The notes below the pieces were generated by a model, which did no database searches, had not been told where the DNA came from, and worked only from the letters and a program-made list of their open reading frames with translations. Shown one piece after another: positions 47,979 to 61,035 of a DNA stretch of 64,000 nt (the first letter of the stretch is position 1; each line of letters opens with the position of its first letter). The position numbers and the translations under genes were made by a program. Where the stretch lies: contig NW_027362767.1 of NCBI RefSeq assembly GCF_046119375.1, positions 295,554,001-295,618,000 of the forward strand, in the 5' to 3' direction. The DNA comes from Phyllobates terribilis (lineage: Eukaryota).

Positions 47979-48540
47979 AGAGAGTGGCTGAATAGAGTCT
48001 TTAGACAAGGATAAGGGCTTTGCAGTCAGTTGCTAAATATATAGCTGTGGCAGTTGACCACATTCTTTTTTGGGGGGGGGGTGAAAAAAATGTACTATAT
48101 TGTCATCCATACAGTTTTATGTGCTTAATGTTACATTACGGTGGTATATAACACTCCAGAAAAGCGTTCAAAAATCTTACTCGGTTCAATTAGTTATCCC
48201 TAGAGTATTACGTGCTTTGTGTTACATTTCGGTGGTATATAATACTCCAAAAAAATAATATAAAAATAATCCCTACTTGCTTAGTGGGCGACAAGGCAAC
48301 AAAGATGGAAGACTCCCGCGAGACTCCCAAGGGAGCGAACGGAGGAATATCGGAGCCAGACCAAGCTGGCGGGAGCCTGTGGTCCGCAACCGACCGCTTT
48401 CCCAACTTGAGACAGGGCTACCACCCCTGAGAGATCGAACTGTCCTTGAGGTTTTCCACCTCCTATGCGGGAACAGGCAATGGTGCAGGTGACACAGGGG
48501 GCTGTTGCCCATTTTTACATGTCGGGGGCTCTGGCACTAA

Positions 48541-49477
48541 TGTGGCACCCCTGCAGGGGATTACCACAGGATCCATAGGTGCAGGGGGAGATGTACGCTG
48601 GGGCACACACAACACCTTCCACCCCAGGTCGGAGGGGAGGAGTCAGTTTCCAGGGAGACAGCAAAGCGGCAGTTAGTCTGGAAAACGGGGGTGAAGGAAG
48701 GATGAAAAAAAGAGCTGTTGGCCGGGGACCAGTTAAACCCTGAACTAGGAAACCGGTCTGTGTTGTGAAAGTGCCCTAGAGAGAGGGACGGAGGCTAGAA
48801 GGAGAAAGAAAGAGATAAAACGATTATCCCTTTAGCTCACCCGGACACCGGAGTCCGAGATTGCTATTAATTCAGGAATAGCATAGAAAACCCGGACAGA
48901 TCAGGAGGATCTATTCCCCCTGAAGAAGAAGGGGAGAGAGTTGCCAAACTTGACCAAGTATTGGACCAAGGGCTCAAAAAGAGAATTGGTAGCCCGAAGG
49001 AAAGGTCCTCATTGTCAGTTGTGGAGAAGGACCCCAAAGAAAGTCAAGTGGCAGGTTCAGCTTAAGGCAGGACTGACCCCAAACAACGCATACAGTGTTA
49101 GAGGAGGCCTCACAAATCCCCAAGGTGAATAACTCTACATGCACCGAAAACCTGGTTACCCTCCTGAACTGTACTTGTTACCGGACATCAGTAAAAAAAG
49201 GTACTGAAACAAAGACTTAATGTGTGTGTGCCTACTTTGTGATTATTGCCTATAGCGTTCGGACAAGCCGTATGCCGATCACCTCAGCGACCATTCACAG
49301 CGCTGGTAACCGATTTTACCGGTTACCACAGGAGGTGTCACGACACAGTACTCCCATCATCCTAACCCCCATCACTTCACTGAGGGTCCAGGGCACGGAA
49401 CCGGGAACCGACCAACCGTGATCCCCACCGAAGTAGCCCATCCATTGCGGTATCCGAGTACCCCTGCCCTGTCGACC
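48541..49477 (+). mobile_element. Gypsy solo LTR, 3' end degenerate
   Basis: Starts tgtggcacccctgcaggggattaccacagg like the other LTRs here. U5-like gggcacggaaccggg...ggtatccgagtacccctgccctg near the end. Confidence 0.6.
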
Positions 49478-49619
49478 AAATCACTAGCCCAAACTGGGTC
49501 ACTTACAGCTCACCTACCTGGGAATTGGGCTCAATGAAGCAGGTGGAGGCAGTCCCCCCAGCCTCCCTTGGAAGGAGAAGAAGAAGCGGACACCTGAAGA
49601 GGATCACTGTGTCACCCTC

Positions 49620-50520
49620 ATTATTATGCCTTTATGAGTACATCAGCTACATTTTCAAAATATTTGAATGAGGCCCACCAGTTATTTCCTTCAAGGGTCT
49701 ATGGATTACTGTATTACCCTACTTATAATTTCTCTCTGGCCTTGCACTGTGTGCTAATTCTTTATGAGTGTAGACATGCCACAGCTACACTTTCTTAATT
49801 TTTTATGAGGCACTCCATTTGGTGCCTTCAAAGGTGTATGGATGACCCTCTTTATATTTTTTTCTTGCTTTGTACTGTGTGCAGAGCCTTTACAAGTGTA
49901 GGAGTACCACAGCTACACTTTCTTAACATTTGAATGAGATACTACAGTTGGTCCCTTCAGGGGTGTATGGATGACCCTGCTTGTAATTTTTGGTAGGCTC
50001 TGCACACAGAGTGTAGGCGTACCACAACTACACTTTGTTCACAATTTTTGAATGAGGCCTGCCAGTTGTTGTCTTAAAGGGTGTATGGATCATTGGATGA
50101 CCCTCCTTATAATTATTTTCTGAGTGTAGACATGCTACAACTACACTTTCTTAATTTTTTATGAGGCACTCCATTTGGTTCTTTCCTCATTATAATTTTT
50201 CTCTGGCTTTGCACTGTGTGCGGAGCCTTTGAGTGTATGAGTACCACAACTACATTTTCTGAATATTCGAATGAAGCACTACAGTTGGTGCCTTCAAGTG
50301 TGTAGGAAGACCCTGCTTTTAATTTTTGGCAAGCTTTGCACTGTGTGAACAGCTTTTATGAGTGTAGGAGTACTACAACTGCACTTTGTTCACAATATTT
50401 GAATGAGGCACTACTGTTGGTGCCTTCAACGGTGTATGGATGACCCTGCTTGTAATTTTTTGTGGGTTTTATGAGTCTAAGAATATCACTGCATGACAAT
50501 TTGAACATTATGTGTATGAG
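49620..50520. repeat. Degenerate ~120-bp tandem array (about 7 copies)
   Basis: Recurring ctacactttc...tgaatgaggcact.cagttggtgccttcaa.ggtgtatggatgaccc... Confidence 0.75.
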
Positions 50521-52489
50521 GCCCTCCTTCATGTCTATTACAGGGAGTATCTGAGTCCCTTTTCCATCTAATTTTTGGCAGTTCTTGCTTCCTTCATAAA
50601 TTACACTGAAATTTCCAATTTTTTAATAAAAAAATACATTTTGGTTTACTTAAATTATTATTATTTTTTTAATCATTTTTAATTTTTAAAATTTGCCTTA
50701 TATACACGTCACTATACTGGAAAGAATGTTTCTTAACATTTTTTTTCATGTAAACTCCAATTTCTCTTCGATTTTGAATGTTTTATTGTTCTTAAAGTGG
50801 AGTAAAAGTGTGACACCATTGTTCTCAGCAGCAATCTGGGAGTCAGAGATGCTTCCAGGGGTCTTCCCCATGCTGTTTTCCTTCCATTCAGGACTTTTTC
50901 CATCCATTTCAACATTTTCACTGCCCCCAGACCTCCTTGTAGGGTCTGCCAGAAAAATTATCGGATTTCCCATTGACTCCCATTATACTTGTCACTTGAA
51001 ACGAGCGTTCAAGCATTAGAAATTGCTTGGTTTCAAATAATGAGTATCCAAGCATTTTAGTGCTCGCTCATCTCTAGTTACCACCACAAGCTTAAATGTA
51101 TTTTATTGGCTTTTATGTGATATACCATCACAAAGTAGCAAGTATTTATGAAGTGTAAAGAAAATGAAAGAAAGTGTAAAGAAAATTATTCAATTTCATA
51201 AATTGATACATTTTTGTAGTGTTTGCAAAATAAAAAAAATGCAACTTGATTGCAACATGTGAATGTAGCCTTATAGGTACTGTACCCTTCAGAGTCAAAG
51301 AGAGAGGGAGAAGATCCGAGAGGGAGGTACTGAATCTGACAGGCTGTTTGTTGGAGACGTGCAGAAGCAATGCCACTATAATCCAACTATATATTATGAG
51401 AATAAATATGTAACAACAGAAAGTAAGAAAACCCTGCTTTGCTTGTTATCCATGATTATGTTTTTTTTTTTAATAAACCTGTTATCAAATTATTATTAAT
51501 TCATCCATTAGAGAAAATATACAGTAACATTTTTATGTAAATTACATCCAACAACATCGGGGAAGGAAGGTGGTCACGTGATTCTGCTATTTGATTTAGG
51601 GTGAAAGGTATGGTAGCTCAAAAATCTATACCCTCACACATACCGACTGTTGTATGTCTCTGACAAGCAAGCACCTTAGCACATCTTAGGAAAACATTCA
51701 TAATTTATATTATTGAGCAATGTGTGCTAAAGGAAGAGAAAATGCATTCAATAGTTTGAGTAAATGCAGTTATGGTGACATCTAATGGTCTGTCAAAGGC
51801 ATGTTATGTAGCTAATGTGAAAGTATAATGAGTCAAAGCTATGGAAAACACACTATGAATAATAAAAATTAACCATTCTTTTAATTCCAATTATAATAGG
51901 ATAAATACAAACATATAGATTTCTGCTTTGCTGTCATTTGGGATAAAGGGGCCAGTTTGTTAGATGCCGTGTATTTAGTAAACAATCCATTTGCTTTTTT
52001 CTTTTTTTTCTCTTGAAATTATGCACATAATTTTTACTTCTTTAGAATTATTAGACATTTGTAAGCCATTTATTTTGTATTTGTCATATATTACCCATTT
52101 AAAGTTATTATGTTGGTATATGATTATATAGATATAAATAAGGATAATTGGGTTAATGAGAGGCTTGATAAATCGCTATATTTGATTACTTTTTTTTTTC
52201 AAAGATAAAATGTTTCTCAAAAAGTACAGCTTTCTACTGAGATTTAGGTCAGGAATTTATGGATCTCCAGGGTAATATTAATGGAACTCTTCGCTGGGAA
52301 TGTAATATACAGAAATATGTGCATTATAGCGTCATTATTTATGTTATGTCCACGTCTGAGCTCCCCCCCTGCAACTGCTGCCTCTGCATTTGCTAAGTCA
52401 ATGGAGCTGGGGCACGCATGGGTAGTCCTGTTTTACATATCTAGCACATCTCCAGTCTATAATTAACTCCACTCCCTGACTACACCTTC

Positions 52490-53056
52490 TCTCCCTTCTG
52501 CCAATCCTTTCACTGGCTTCCAATTCCCCAGCGAATCCAGTTTAAACTGCTAAGAATGACTTACAAGGCTGTCCATAATCTGTCTCCTACATACATCTCC
52601 AAACTAATCTCTCGATACTTCCTGACACATAATCTCCAGTCCTCACAAGATCTCCTTCTCTCCTCTGCTCTCATACATTCCTCACCCAATCGCCTTCAAG
52701 ATTTTCCCAGGCATCCCCCATCCTCTGGAATTCAGTGCCTCAGCACGTCCAATTATCTCCTCCATTTGGAACCTTTGGATAGAACCTGAAAACCCATCTT
52801 TTCAAGAAAGTCTACAGTCTGCAATTACCCTGCAGCTACCCCATTACCAATTACCACCGGAGAAGCTGAAACCCCCCAATCTACTGTCTCTTTACCCACT
52901 ATCCTGTAGATTGTAAGTCCATGAGTGCAGGGTCCTCTCCCGCTCTGTATTAGTCTGTCATTTTGCCTCATTTTATGTATGTTATATGTAACTCTTTTCA
53001 CATGTATAGAACCATGGAATTAATGGTGCTTTAAAAATAAATAATAATAATAATTA
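52490..53056 (+). mobile_element. 3' fragment of an L2-clade LINE
   Basis: cactggcttccaatt...ttaaactgcta...TYKAVHNLSPTYISKLI; ends ctgtagattgtaag...gcagggtcctct...aaataaataataataataat. Confidence 0.75.
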
Positions 53057-53315
53057 GTCTGGCTGGGACTTGTGGTCCCACCCAGACAGGTAGTCTATAT
53101 TTTACTGCAGGGCACTGATTATCTGTTGAAATCACAGCTTCATTGCACATTCCACAAACACAGCTTCATTGCAATTCATTATAGCTTATCTATAAATATT
53201 TTTTAAGAGATTTTGACTTATTGATCTTATCATAAGAGATCATCACAGACTTAGCAAGAATCTCTTGCTTAAAGTGAACCTGACAGCTGATACATGCTGC
53301 CCAATCCAGGACCAG

Positions 53316-56300
53316 TGTCATGTCTTGGTTTGGGGATTCGATCCGGTGACCTTTTGCTCTATAGTCAGTTCTCCTGTGTGCTGAGCTGATTGCCTTATCA
53401 CATTCTGGGTTGGGCTATATATATTCCCCTTCACTACACTTCCTTGCTGGCTATACTTTTAAGTAGATTAGTGCTAAGGAATTCCATCTCTTCAGTGAAG
53501 GGATGCAGGGAAAACATCGTTTGTGTTTCTGCTGTGTTTGTTTATCTGCCTTCCCAGCACCTTTCCTTTCTCCTCAGTTAGGTTGGTGGGAGATTATTTT
53601 TGTTTAATTTATTATTCTCCTTATTTCCCCTTCGTGCACTTGCTTTAAGTTTCCTCACCCTGGGTCCTCATATCCCTCTGTACACTTTCCCACTGCTGGT
53701 TAGCTGTGCACAGCGGCCTCACCTCCGGTTCCTCAGAAGGTACGAGAAATCCTCGATGGCCTCTTAGTGAGCCAGGTCCAAGGTGTTGGTTTTTAGTTGT
53801 GGGGCTAGGGTTTGTCTAGTCTGTACAGTTACCAGTAGGGTGTGGGTCAGGCTTCTATGTGGTGTAGGCTTTGTTATTCCCGTTACCCATGTATGAGTGA
53901 GTAACGTGCATAATATTATAGAAAGCCCATTATTATGCGCTATGGTCAGGGTCATTATGGATTCTGTGAACACTTTTGCCACAGAACTTCAACCTCTATC
54001 TTTGAAGGTTGCAGGCATCAAGCGCCATCAACATCCCACAAGTCCTGCTAATCCCAGTGGCGCTGCTGAGCCAAAGGCATAGTTATCGGACTGCTTCTAC
54101 GAGGATAGAAGTAAGTTTTCTGTCTCATCTAAATTATACTTTCACCTTTGTTCTGTCTCCTTTGGGTGTGAGAGTCAACAAATGGGCATTATTTTGTCTT
54201 TGCTGCATGGGGATCCACAGGCCTGGGCATTTTCTTTGCCTGAGGATTCCCTGAAGTTGTCTTCTTTTGACACATTTTTCTTGGCTTTTGGCCTCATTTT
54301 TGACGACCCGGACAGAGTTGCGGTAGCTGAATCCAAGATCCATAAATTGGTTCAGGCTGAACATAGAGCTGAGGACTACTGCTCAGAGTTTAGACGTTGG
54401 GCAGTAGAGACCTCCTGGAACGACCCCGCCCTACGGAGTCAGTTCTGCCAGGGACTTTCGGATCAGATTTAGGACATGCTGATCTACAGTTCCTGGCCAC
54501 AGTCCCTGGAGGAAGCCATGACACTGGCTCTTTGTTTAAATAGATGCTTGAGAGACACATTAAACATTTCCTTGCTATCATTTAAAACTGGTGAACCTAT
54601 GCAAATTGGTGCATGCAGAGATGCCAAAGGGAGTACAGATCTCAGAGCATCTGCTCGATTTTGTTTATAGTGTGGTTGTATGGGTCACGTCGTGGTTCAA
54701 TGTTTCAAATATAAAGATACATTTCTAAAAGAGAAAGTAAAAAATACTGAAATACTTTACTTTGGTTTTATCTTTGTGCCTGCATTTGTGGATTCAGGTT
54801 CTGTTTTAAATTGAATTAATTATGCTTTTGCTGTAAACTATGGTTATGATGTCTCTACTCTCAGTCTTTCCATTCAAGTTTCGGCAATTGTCTACTCTCC
54901 TCTTTCTCATAGTCACGTTACTATAAAGGTCGAGATTCAATGTATGTATCAAAGTAGGAGTGTAACATATTGAATCCATTTCGTTCATGGTTTTTCTTTC
55001 TCTACCTGCAAAGTTAGTGTTAGGACTGCCATGGTTAATTAAGCACAATCCTGTAATCAATTGAGAGATTCAAGAGATTAGGTCGTGGGGTGACTCTTGC
55101 TTCTACGAATTTCTATCAAGTTCACTGCCATCTATGAGGACACACCTTTCAGAATTTATTCAGGTCTTCTGTGATGTTTTTTGTTAGACTAAGGCTATGT
55201 GCCCACGATGCAGAAATGAAGCAGAAAATTTCTGCAGCATTTCTGCATCTCCCTGGCAGAAAAAAACGCATGCAGATTGTGCATGCGTTTTTCCTGCAGA
55301 ATACATGCGGATCCACATGCGGGTTCACATGCGTTTCCGCATGCAGATTGACAAGCACTTTCCAGGCGATAGCATCACTTGGAAAGTGCTTGACAACTAG
55401 GTCACACTGTATAAATCCATGCAAACAGCATGGATTTATACAGTGTGAACCGTAAAAATTAAAACAAATAAAGCTATACTCACCCCCGAGGCCCCGGCGT
55501 GGCTGCAGCGCTCGTTCCTGTCTGGTTCCTGGCTGCCGGCATATCGCGAGACAGAGCGGTGAAGGGCCTGCGGTCACATGACTGTGACGTCACCGAAGGT
55601 CCGTCAGCGCTGCTGGCATTCAGAGAGAAGACGCCGGACAGGTGAGTATAAACTTTATTTGTTATTTTATTCTTTTTTTACAGGTACAATGGTACCCAGG
55701 TCTGGATGAGAGTCTCCTCTCCTCCAGAACTGGGTACCATCCGCACATAGAGACGCATAGAAGCCGCTTGTAGAAATGTACAGACACGGATTCTATGCGT
55801 CTCAATGCAAGCCAATGGCGGGAGTTCCGCTGCACTTCCGCAAAATTAAATGACATGCTGCAGATTTTTGTACGCAGCATAAACGCTGCGGAAAAATCCG
55901 CAGCATGTGCATAGAACATGCGGAATCCCCTTGGGGACCATGGGGTGCGGATTACCTAGCGTTTTACAAGCGTTTCCGCTGCGGAAATTCCGCAGCATAA
56001 ACGCTTGAAAAACGCTACGTGGGCACACAGCCTAAGTGTGATGTTCTTTAGCAGCATAGGTCATATCATTGTTCCATCAACTTCATACCAGGAGCTAAGA
56101 TGCCTAAAACTTGTTTGTTTTACTTTTCTCTGACTGAAAAAGAGGCTTTGAAAGATTATATTCAAAAGAATCTGGCTATGGGTCATATACGGCCATTCAC
56201 CTCTTCAGTTGCCGTAGGGTTGCTTTTAGTTAAAAAAAGATGGAGGCTTGCATCCATGTTTGGATTTCAGAGAAATTAATAAAATCATGGTTCTCAATGC

Positions 56301-56319
56301 CTACCTTTTTGTCCCTTAT
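53316..56319 (+). mobile_element. Degenerate Sushi/Ty3-like Gypsy remnant (LTR-gag-PR-RT start), truncated by the hAT at 56320; boundaries approximate
   Basis: gag AWAFSL...IFDDPDRVAVAE...YCSEFRRWAVETSWNDPALRSQFCQGLSD (54182-54472); protease AFVDSGS near 54783; RT remnant VKK-DGGLHPCLDFREINK at 56230-56290. Confidence 0.75.
55193..56032. mobile_element. PIF/Harbinger-type MITE
   Basis: TIRs ggctatgtgcccacg / cgtgggcacacagcc; 3-bp TAA TSD at 55190-55192 and 56033-56035. Confidence 0.85.
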
Positions 56320-59300
56320 TAGTGTTGAGCCACCCCCGTAGTGTTCGAGTTCGATTCGTCGAACTGTTCGTCGAACACCTTCGAACACCGTTAAAACCAA
56401 TGGCAGGCAAACAAAAACACATAGAAACACACAGAAAACACCTTTAAAGGTGTCCAAAACCTGACAAACTGCTCAGAAGACACAACTAACACATGGAAAA
56501 GTGACAAGTACATATAGTCATGCGAAAAGAAAAGAGGTGGAGGAGTAAAAGGAGGGGGAGACACAGATATAGGCATGTCATGCCCTTCTAAAACCAAAAA
56601 AGTGCGAAGCCGACACGGCCAGTCCGTTCCTGCCCGTGCGACCTCTGTGTCGCCGGGTTTGTGCCAGAGCCGCGGTGGACCCTGACGGCCAGCCCCCCTC
56701 TCCCAATACTGGTGCCTGTCCGCTGGTGGGTCGAGCCCTCCCGCGGTGGGGGGGGAGTAACATCTGCAGAAGAAAGACCATCTTCCAGCCAAACTAAGAT
56801 GTCTACTTCTTTTCGTGGACAATGTGATATGATCCCTTTCTTACAGACACGCCCATCGCTACAAATTCCAGATGAGGCACAAAAACAGCAGGTGCTTCAA
56901 CAGATATCAAGTGCTCCTTCAAGTGGGCTCTCCTCCACCTCAACTTCAACATCACAAATACTCCAGTCCTCAGAGGTGTCACCCCAATCGCACTTGCTTC
57001 CTCACAGCTCCCAAGTCTCCAGCTGCCCGTCTGAGTATGGGGTAACACAGATGGTTGAGTCTGCACAGCTGTTTACTCATACTATAGCCTGGGAAACGGA
57101 GGTCTGCTCCAGAGCTTCTTTTAATCCAGACGAGGAAATGATCTGCACTGATGCCCAGAATCTTTATAAGTCGGATCCAGGACCAGATGAAGAAGGTTCT
57201 GAGCATAATGTAGACCCTCGTTTCCAAACTGTAACTCCTGTTGGTGGAGACGATGATGAGACTCAAATACCTGATTGGAGCGACAACTTGACTTTTCGAT
57301 CAGGGCAGGAAGAGGTTGGCTCTGAGGACGACGGGTGTGAGAACACACAGGGTGATGATGACGAGGTTGGAGATCCCACTTACTGTCAACCCACAGTCAG
57401 CCAGTCGATGAGGTCAGCCGAGGAGGTGGAGGAGGATGTGACTAGCCCAGGGGATGGGGATGACTCGGTACCCGGGCCTTTGCCTGGCCTTGGGGATATC
57501 GCAGTGGTCGGCTCCCTGGCCCGTACCCTGGGGTCACTCTTTAAAAGGGTGGATAATTGTTAATTTTATAAGAGTTCGTGACGCCACCTGTGGTATCTGG
57601 TGAGAAGCACCAGCGCTGCAGCAGTCCACTGAGGCCGGTGATAAGGCAACTCGATGGTATAGCTCCCCACAGGTGGAGCTAGGTTTCAGGGCAGCGTATG
57701 CAGGGGGAATGCAGGACAGGCGAGACCCAGCTGGGTCAGAGCAAGAACGGGAACGGACACGGTAGTCACTTCAGTACCTTTTACTGGTGGAAATTCAGGC
57801 ACATCCCGGAGCACTGTAGGGTGAAGGGTGCATATCAGGATCCTCCCCAATGAGCGGGTGTAGGGCCTCCTGTTTCTTGCCTCTGCGTAGTAAGTTTCTG
57901 ACCTGCCTGGAGCTAGGCCTAACTTTGTCTCTGTCCTGCGCTGGCTGACCTTGTGGTAGGGCCTTCTCTTGGAGTTCACGCTCCCAGTATGCGGGGCCTA
58001 AGCGTCTCCTGGCTCTGTTATGTATCAGCACCTTAGCAATCCTGGGACTTGTAGTTCTCCAGGGATTCCGGTTATGCCTTACTGGGTCATAGAGATCCCG
58101 GTAAGCTCGGATCCGGTGTCCGGTAAATGCTTCGGGGTGAGCTGGTTAAGCTCCTCTGCCCCTTATGTACTAACTCGCCACTCGCCTTCGGCCTACTCGG
58201 GCCCTCACTAGGCTATACACACTAACGGCAGCTTGCCGCGCTTCACCAATCTTATGGCGCCAGCACACCTTAAGCTCTATCTGGGCTCCCTGAATCTAGC
58301 TAGCAGGAGCCTCGTGCTCCACTGCTGAACTATTAACTGAGTTCTCTAGACTAGACTGAGCTCCACTGCAAACTGACCTCTCTTAGGCTTCTCTACTGCA
58401 GGAACTCTTCAGAGGAACTGAACTGCCTAGCTCCACCTTCCCTATTTATATCCCTAATGGGCTCCCTCTGCTGGTCTGAGGTGGAAGGTGGAGATGTGTG
58501 AATGTTTATGGGGGCCTCTTGTGGAAGATTCCATCAATGCACTCTTCTAGGATCTGTGATACCAAGTGCAGCGGGGCGTCACAGATGCTATTGACGATGA
58601 GGTTAGGTTGCACCTTCCTGGACAGAGACGGAGTACTGGAAGCACATCAACAACTGCATCCTCAACTACAACTCTGCCTCTGACCACAAGTCGTAGTGGC
58701 TCTTCAGGTCGCATGGGCTCTAAGCCTTGCATAGCCTGGGCATTTTTTCAGATCGATAAGGATGACCCAACTCGTGTTATCTGTAATATTTGTCACCAAA
58801 AGCTAAGTGGAGGCAAAAAATCTATAGTTTGAGTACTTCATGCATGTACCGTCACATGGATATGAAGCATAAGTTGCAGTGGGAAGCTCACTGTGCTACA
58901 ATGCGGCCTAGCGGGCTGGGCCAACCACCGTCTGCCCCATCTTGTGCATCCGCAGCCTCTTCATCCTCTGTGACTGGGGGACAGCAGTCACACATGTTTT
59001 TGGACGCAGACCTGCCACCTCTTTACCCGCAACAGCCAGTGTGATTGGCAGGTCGTCAGTTCATTGGGAAGTGGAAACACCTGCTGGTGTTGAGCGCTCT
59101 CCGACATCGAGAGCACCACCTTTGGATCAAGCAACCTAACATGTCCGCCTGCATCTTCCTCACAGACCGGCAGTTTGCCGGGGGCACCCTACTCAACCCC
59201 GTCTAAGCACAACAGCCAGCCCTCGGTCCCTCAGATGTGGTAAAGTAAAAGACCATTTCCTCCTAGCCATGACAAAGCTAAGAGGTTGAATTTCACCATC

Positions 59301-60304
59301 TGCAAGCTGTTGGCTACAGAAATGCTGCCTTTCCGCCTGGAGGACACAGAGGATTTTTGAGACCTTATGTCCGTCGCAGTGCCCCAGTACCAGATGCCCA
59401 GTCGGCACTACTTCTCAAAGAAAGGTGTGCCTGCGCTCCACCAGCATGTCGCACACAACATCACCGCTTCTTTGAGAAACTCTGTGTGTGACAGGGTGCA
59501 TTTCACCACAGACACTTGGACGAGTAGGCATGGACAGGGGCGTTACATGTCGCTGACTAGGCACTGGGTAACTATGGTGACAGCAGGACAAGGGGCTGCT
59601 GTCCAAGTCTTACCGTCCCCACGAGTTGTGCGTCAATCCTCTTTATCTCGAAGTTCCTCCACTGCTTCTGCCTCCTCAACCTCCTCTCGGTCCTCCACCT
59701 GCACCCAAAGCCTGTCTGGAAATGCCACCTGCTTTCTAACTGCGCAGAAGGAATCCTGCACACCTCCTTACTATGCTGGCAGCAGGGCTCAACGGCATCA
59801 GTGTTTACTTTGAAATGTCTGGGAAATGTGAGTCACACAGCTGAGGAGTTGTGGTCAGCTCTGGAGACCCAGTTTCATGAATGGTTGTCTCCACTGGACC
59901 TGCAACCAGGGAAGGCCGTGTGCGACAATGCTGCAAACCTGGGTGCGGCCCTTCGCCGGGGCAATGTCACACACGTGCCTTGTACGGCTCACGTGTTGAA
60001 CCTGTCCAGCAATTTTTAGCCCACTATCCCGGACTAGATGGCCTTCTGCAGAGGGCACGGTTGCTGTGTGCTCACTTCCGCCGTTCGCATCCCGCAGCTC
60101 AACGACTTACATCTCTACAGAAGTCGTTGGGTATGCCAGTTCACCGGCTGAAATGCGATGTGCCGACACGGTGGAATTCAACTCTGCACTGTGGCAGCAC
60201 CGACAAGCCCTGGTGCAATACGTTCTGACGTATAGCCTGGGCCAACGAGATCCAGAGGTGGGGCAAATCACGCTGCAAGAGTGGTCTCAGATCAGGGACC
60301 TATG
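56320..60304 (+). mobile_element. Internally deleted hAT copy with transposase pseudogene; right part not visible
   Basis: Left TIR tagtgttgagcc. After ~56760 it jumps to transposase sequence: BED AWAFFQIDKDDPTRVICNIC, VHFTTDTWTS near 59500, HVPCTAHVLN, CDVPTRWNS. Confidence 0.88.
57439..58583 (-). mobile_element. Gypsy solo LTR (1145 bp) in the hAT transposase
   Basis: Termini tgactagcccagggg / ggggcgtcaca; 4-bp TSD gatg; removal restores EEDAIDDEV. Confidence 0.88.
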
Positions 60305-60308
60305 AAGT

Positions 60309-61035
60309 TGACGCGCCCCCTGGGCAGTGGTGTAGCCGGAGCCGGGCCGGTAGACGCTGGGGGTTGTAGTCACTGTGGCGGTGACCCGGTCCGTGACCCA
60401 GGGCGGTCAATCCAAGGGTAATTTGTATATATGGGTTTTATAATGTCCGACTACGCCACCTGTGGAGTGCGGCCAAAGGGGCCGCCGCTGCGGAACAGTC
60501 CTCTGAAACTGGTGGCTTTGCAGCAATGGTATTATTACTCCCCACAGGAAGAGTGTAGCTTCAGGGCAGTGTGGGTGGATGATGGTGGTTGTAGTGCAGG
60601 GAGTCAGTAATGAACACAGAGTCCGTGTGATGCAGTCCCAAGATCTTTACTCACAGTTGTACCTAGATTACAGGTACCAGAGCAATCTCCCCTGTCGTGC
60701 TGTGCTTACTCAGTGAGGGGCTCAGTCCACCTCCAGATAGCTCCGGAGTACTTAGCAGGACCCCCTTTGTGTGTCCTTTCTCTGGCCTTCTCCCTGCACC
60801 TCACACCCAGTGACACTTCTATCCGGTATCCTCGGGCCTTGGCGGGCGACGTGTGTTACGTCCCCTGGGTCCTATGTGGCTACCTTCTTAGTGAGACTGG
60901 TGTGGACTTTGGCCTGCAGTACATGAAATGCTGCAGCCTCCGGTTTCTAGTTGAACCTTGCTGTTTCTCCGCTAGTTGAGGGACCGGTTCCCCTTATCTG
61001 GCCTGACCCCTCTACCTCCTGGTAGCAGCGGGAGT
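60309..61035 (-). mobile_element. Gypsy LTR (U5 side), cut off by the CR1 3' tail
   Basis: Reverse complement ends gcccagggggcgcgtca, nearly identical to the element A LTR end; contains ccacaggtggcgtagtcgg. Confidence 0.8.

Larger units (their letters stand above)
46240..51076. mobile_element. Non-autonomous hAT derivative with nested inserts
   Basis: TIRs tagggatgagcga / tcgctcatctcta. Flanks atcacaac / gttaccac match only 5/8, so pairing of the two ends is not certain. Confidence 0.6.

Noticed and set aside
56661-57563. 300-aa ORF as a domesticated ZBED-like gene
   Set aside because: It is a deletion-fused N-terminal transposase fragment reading into a solo LTR; the BED and DDE parts are separated and full of stops.
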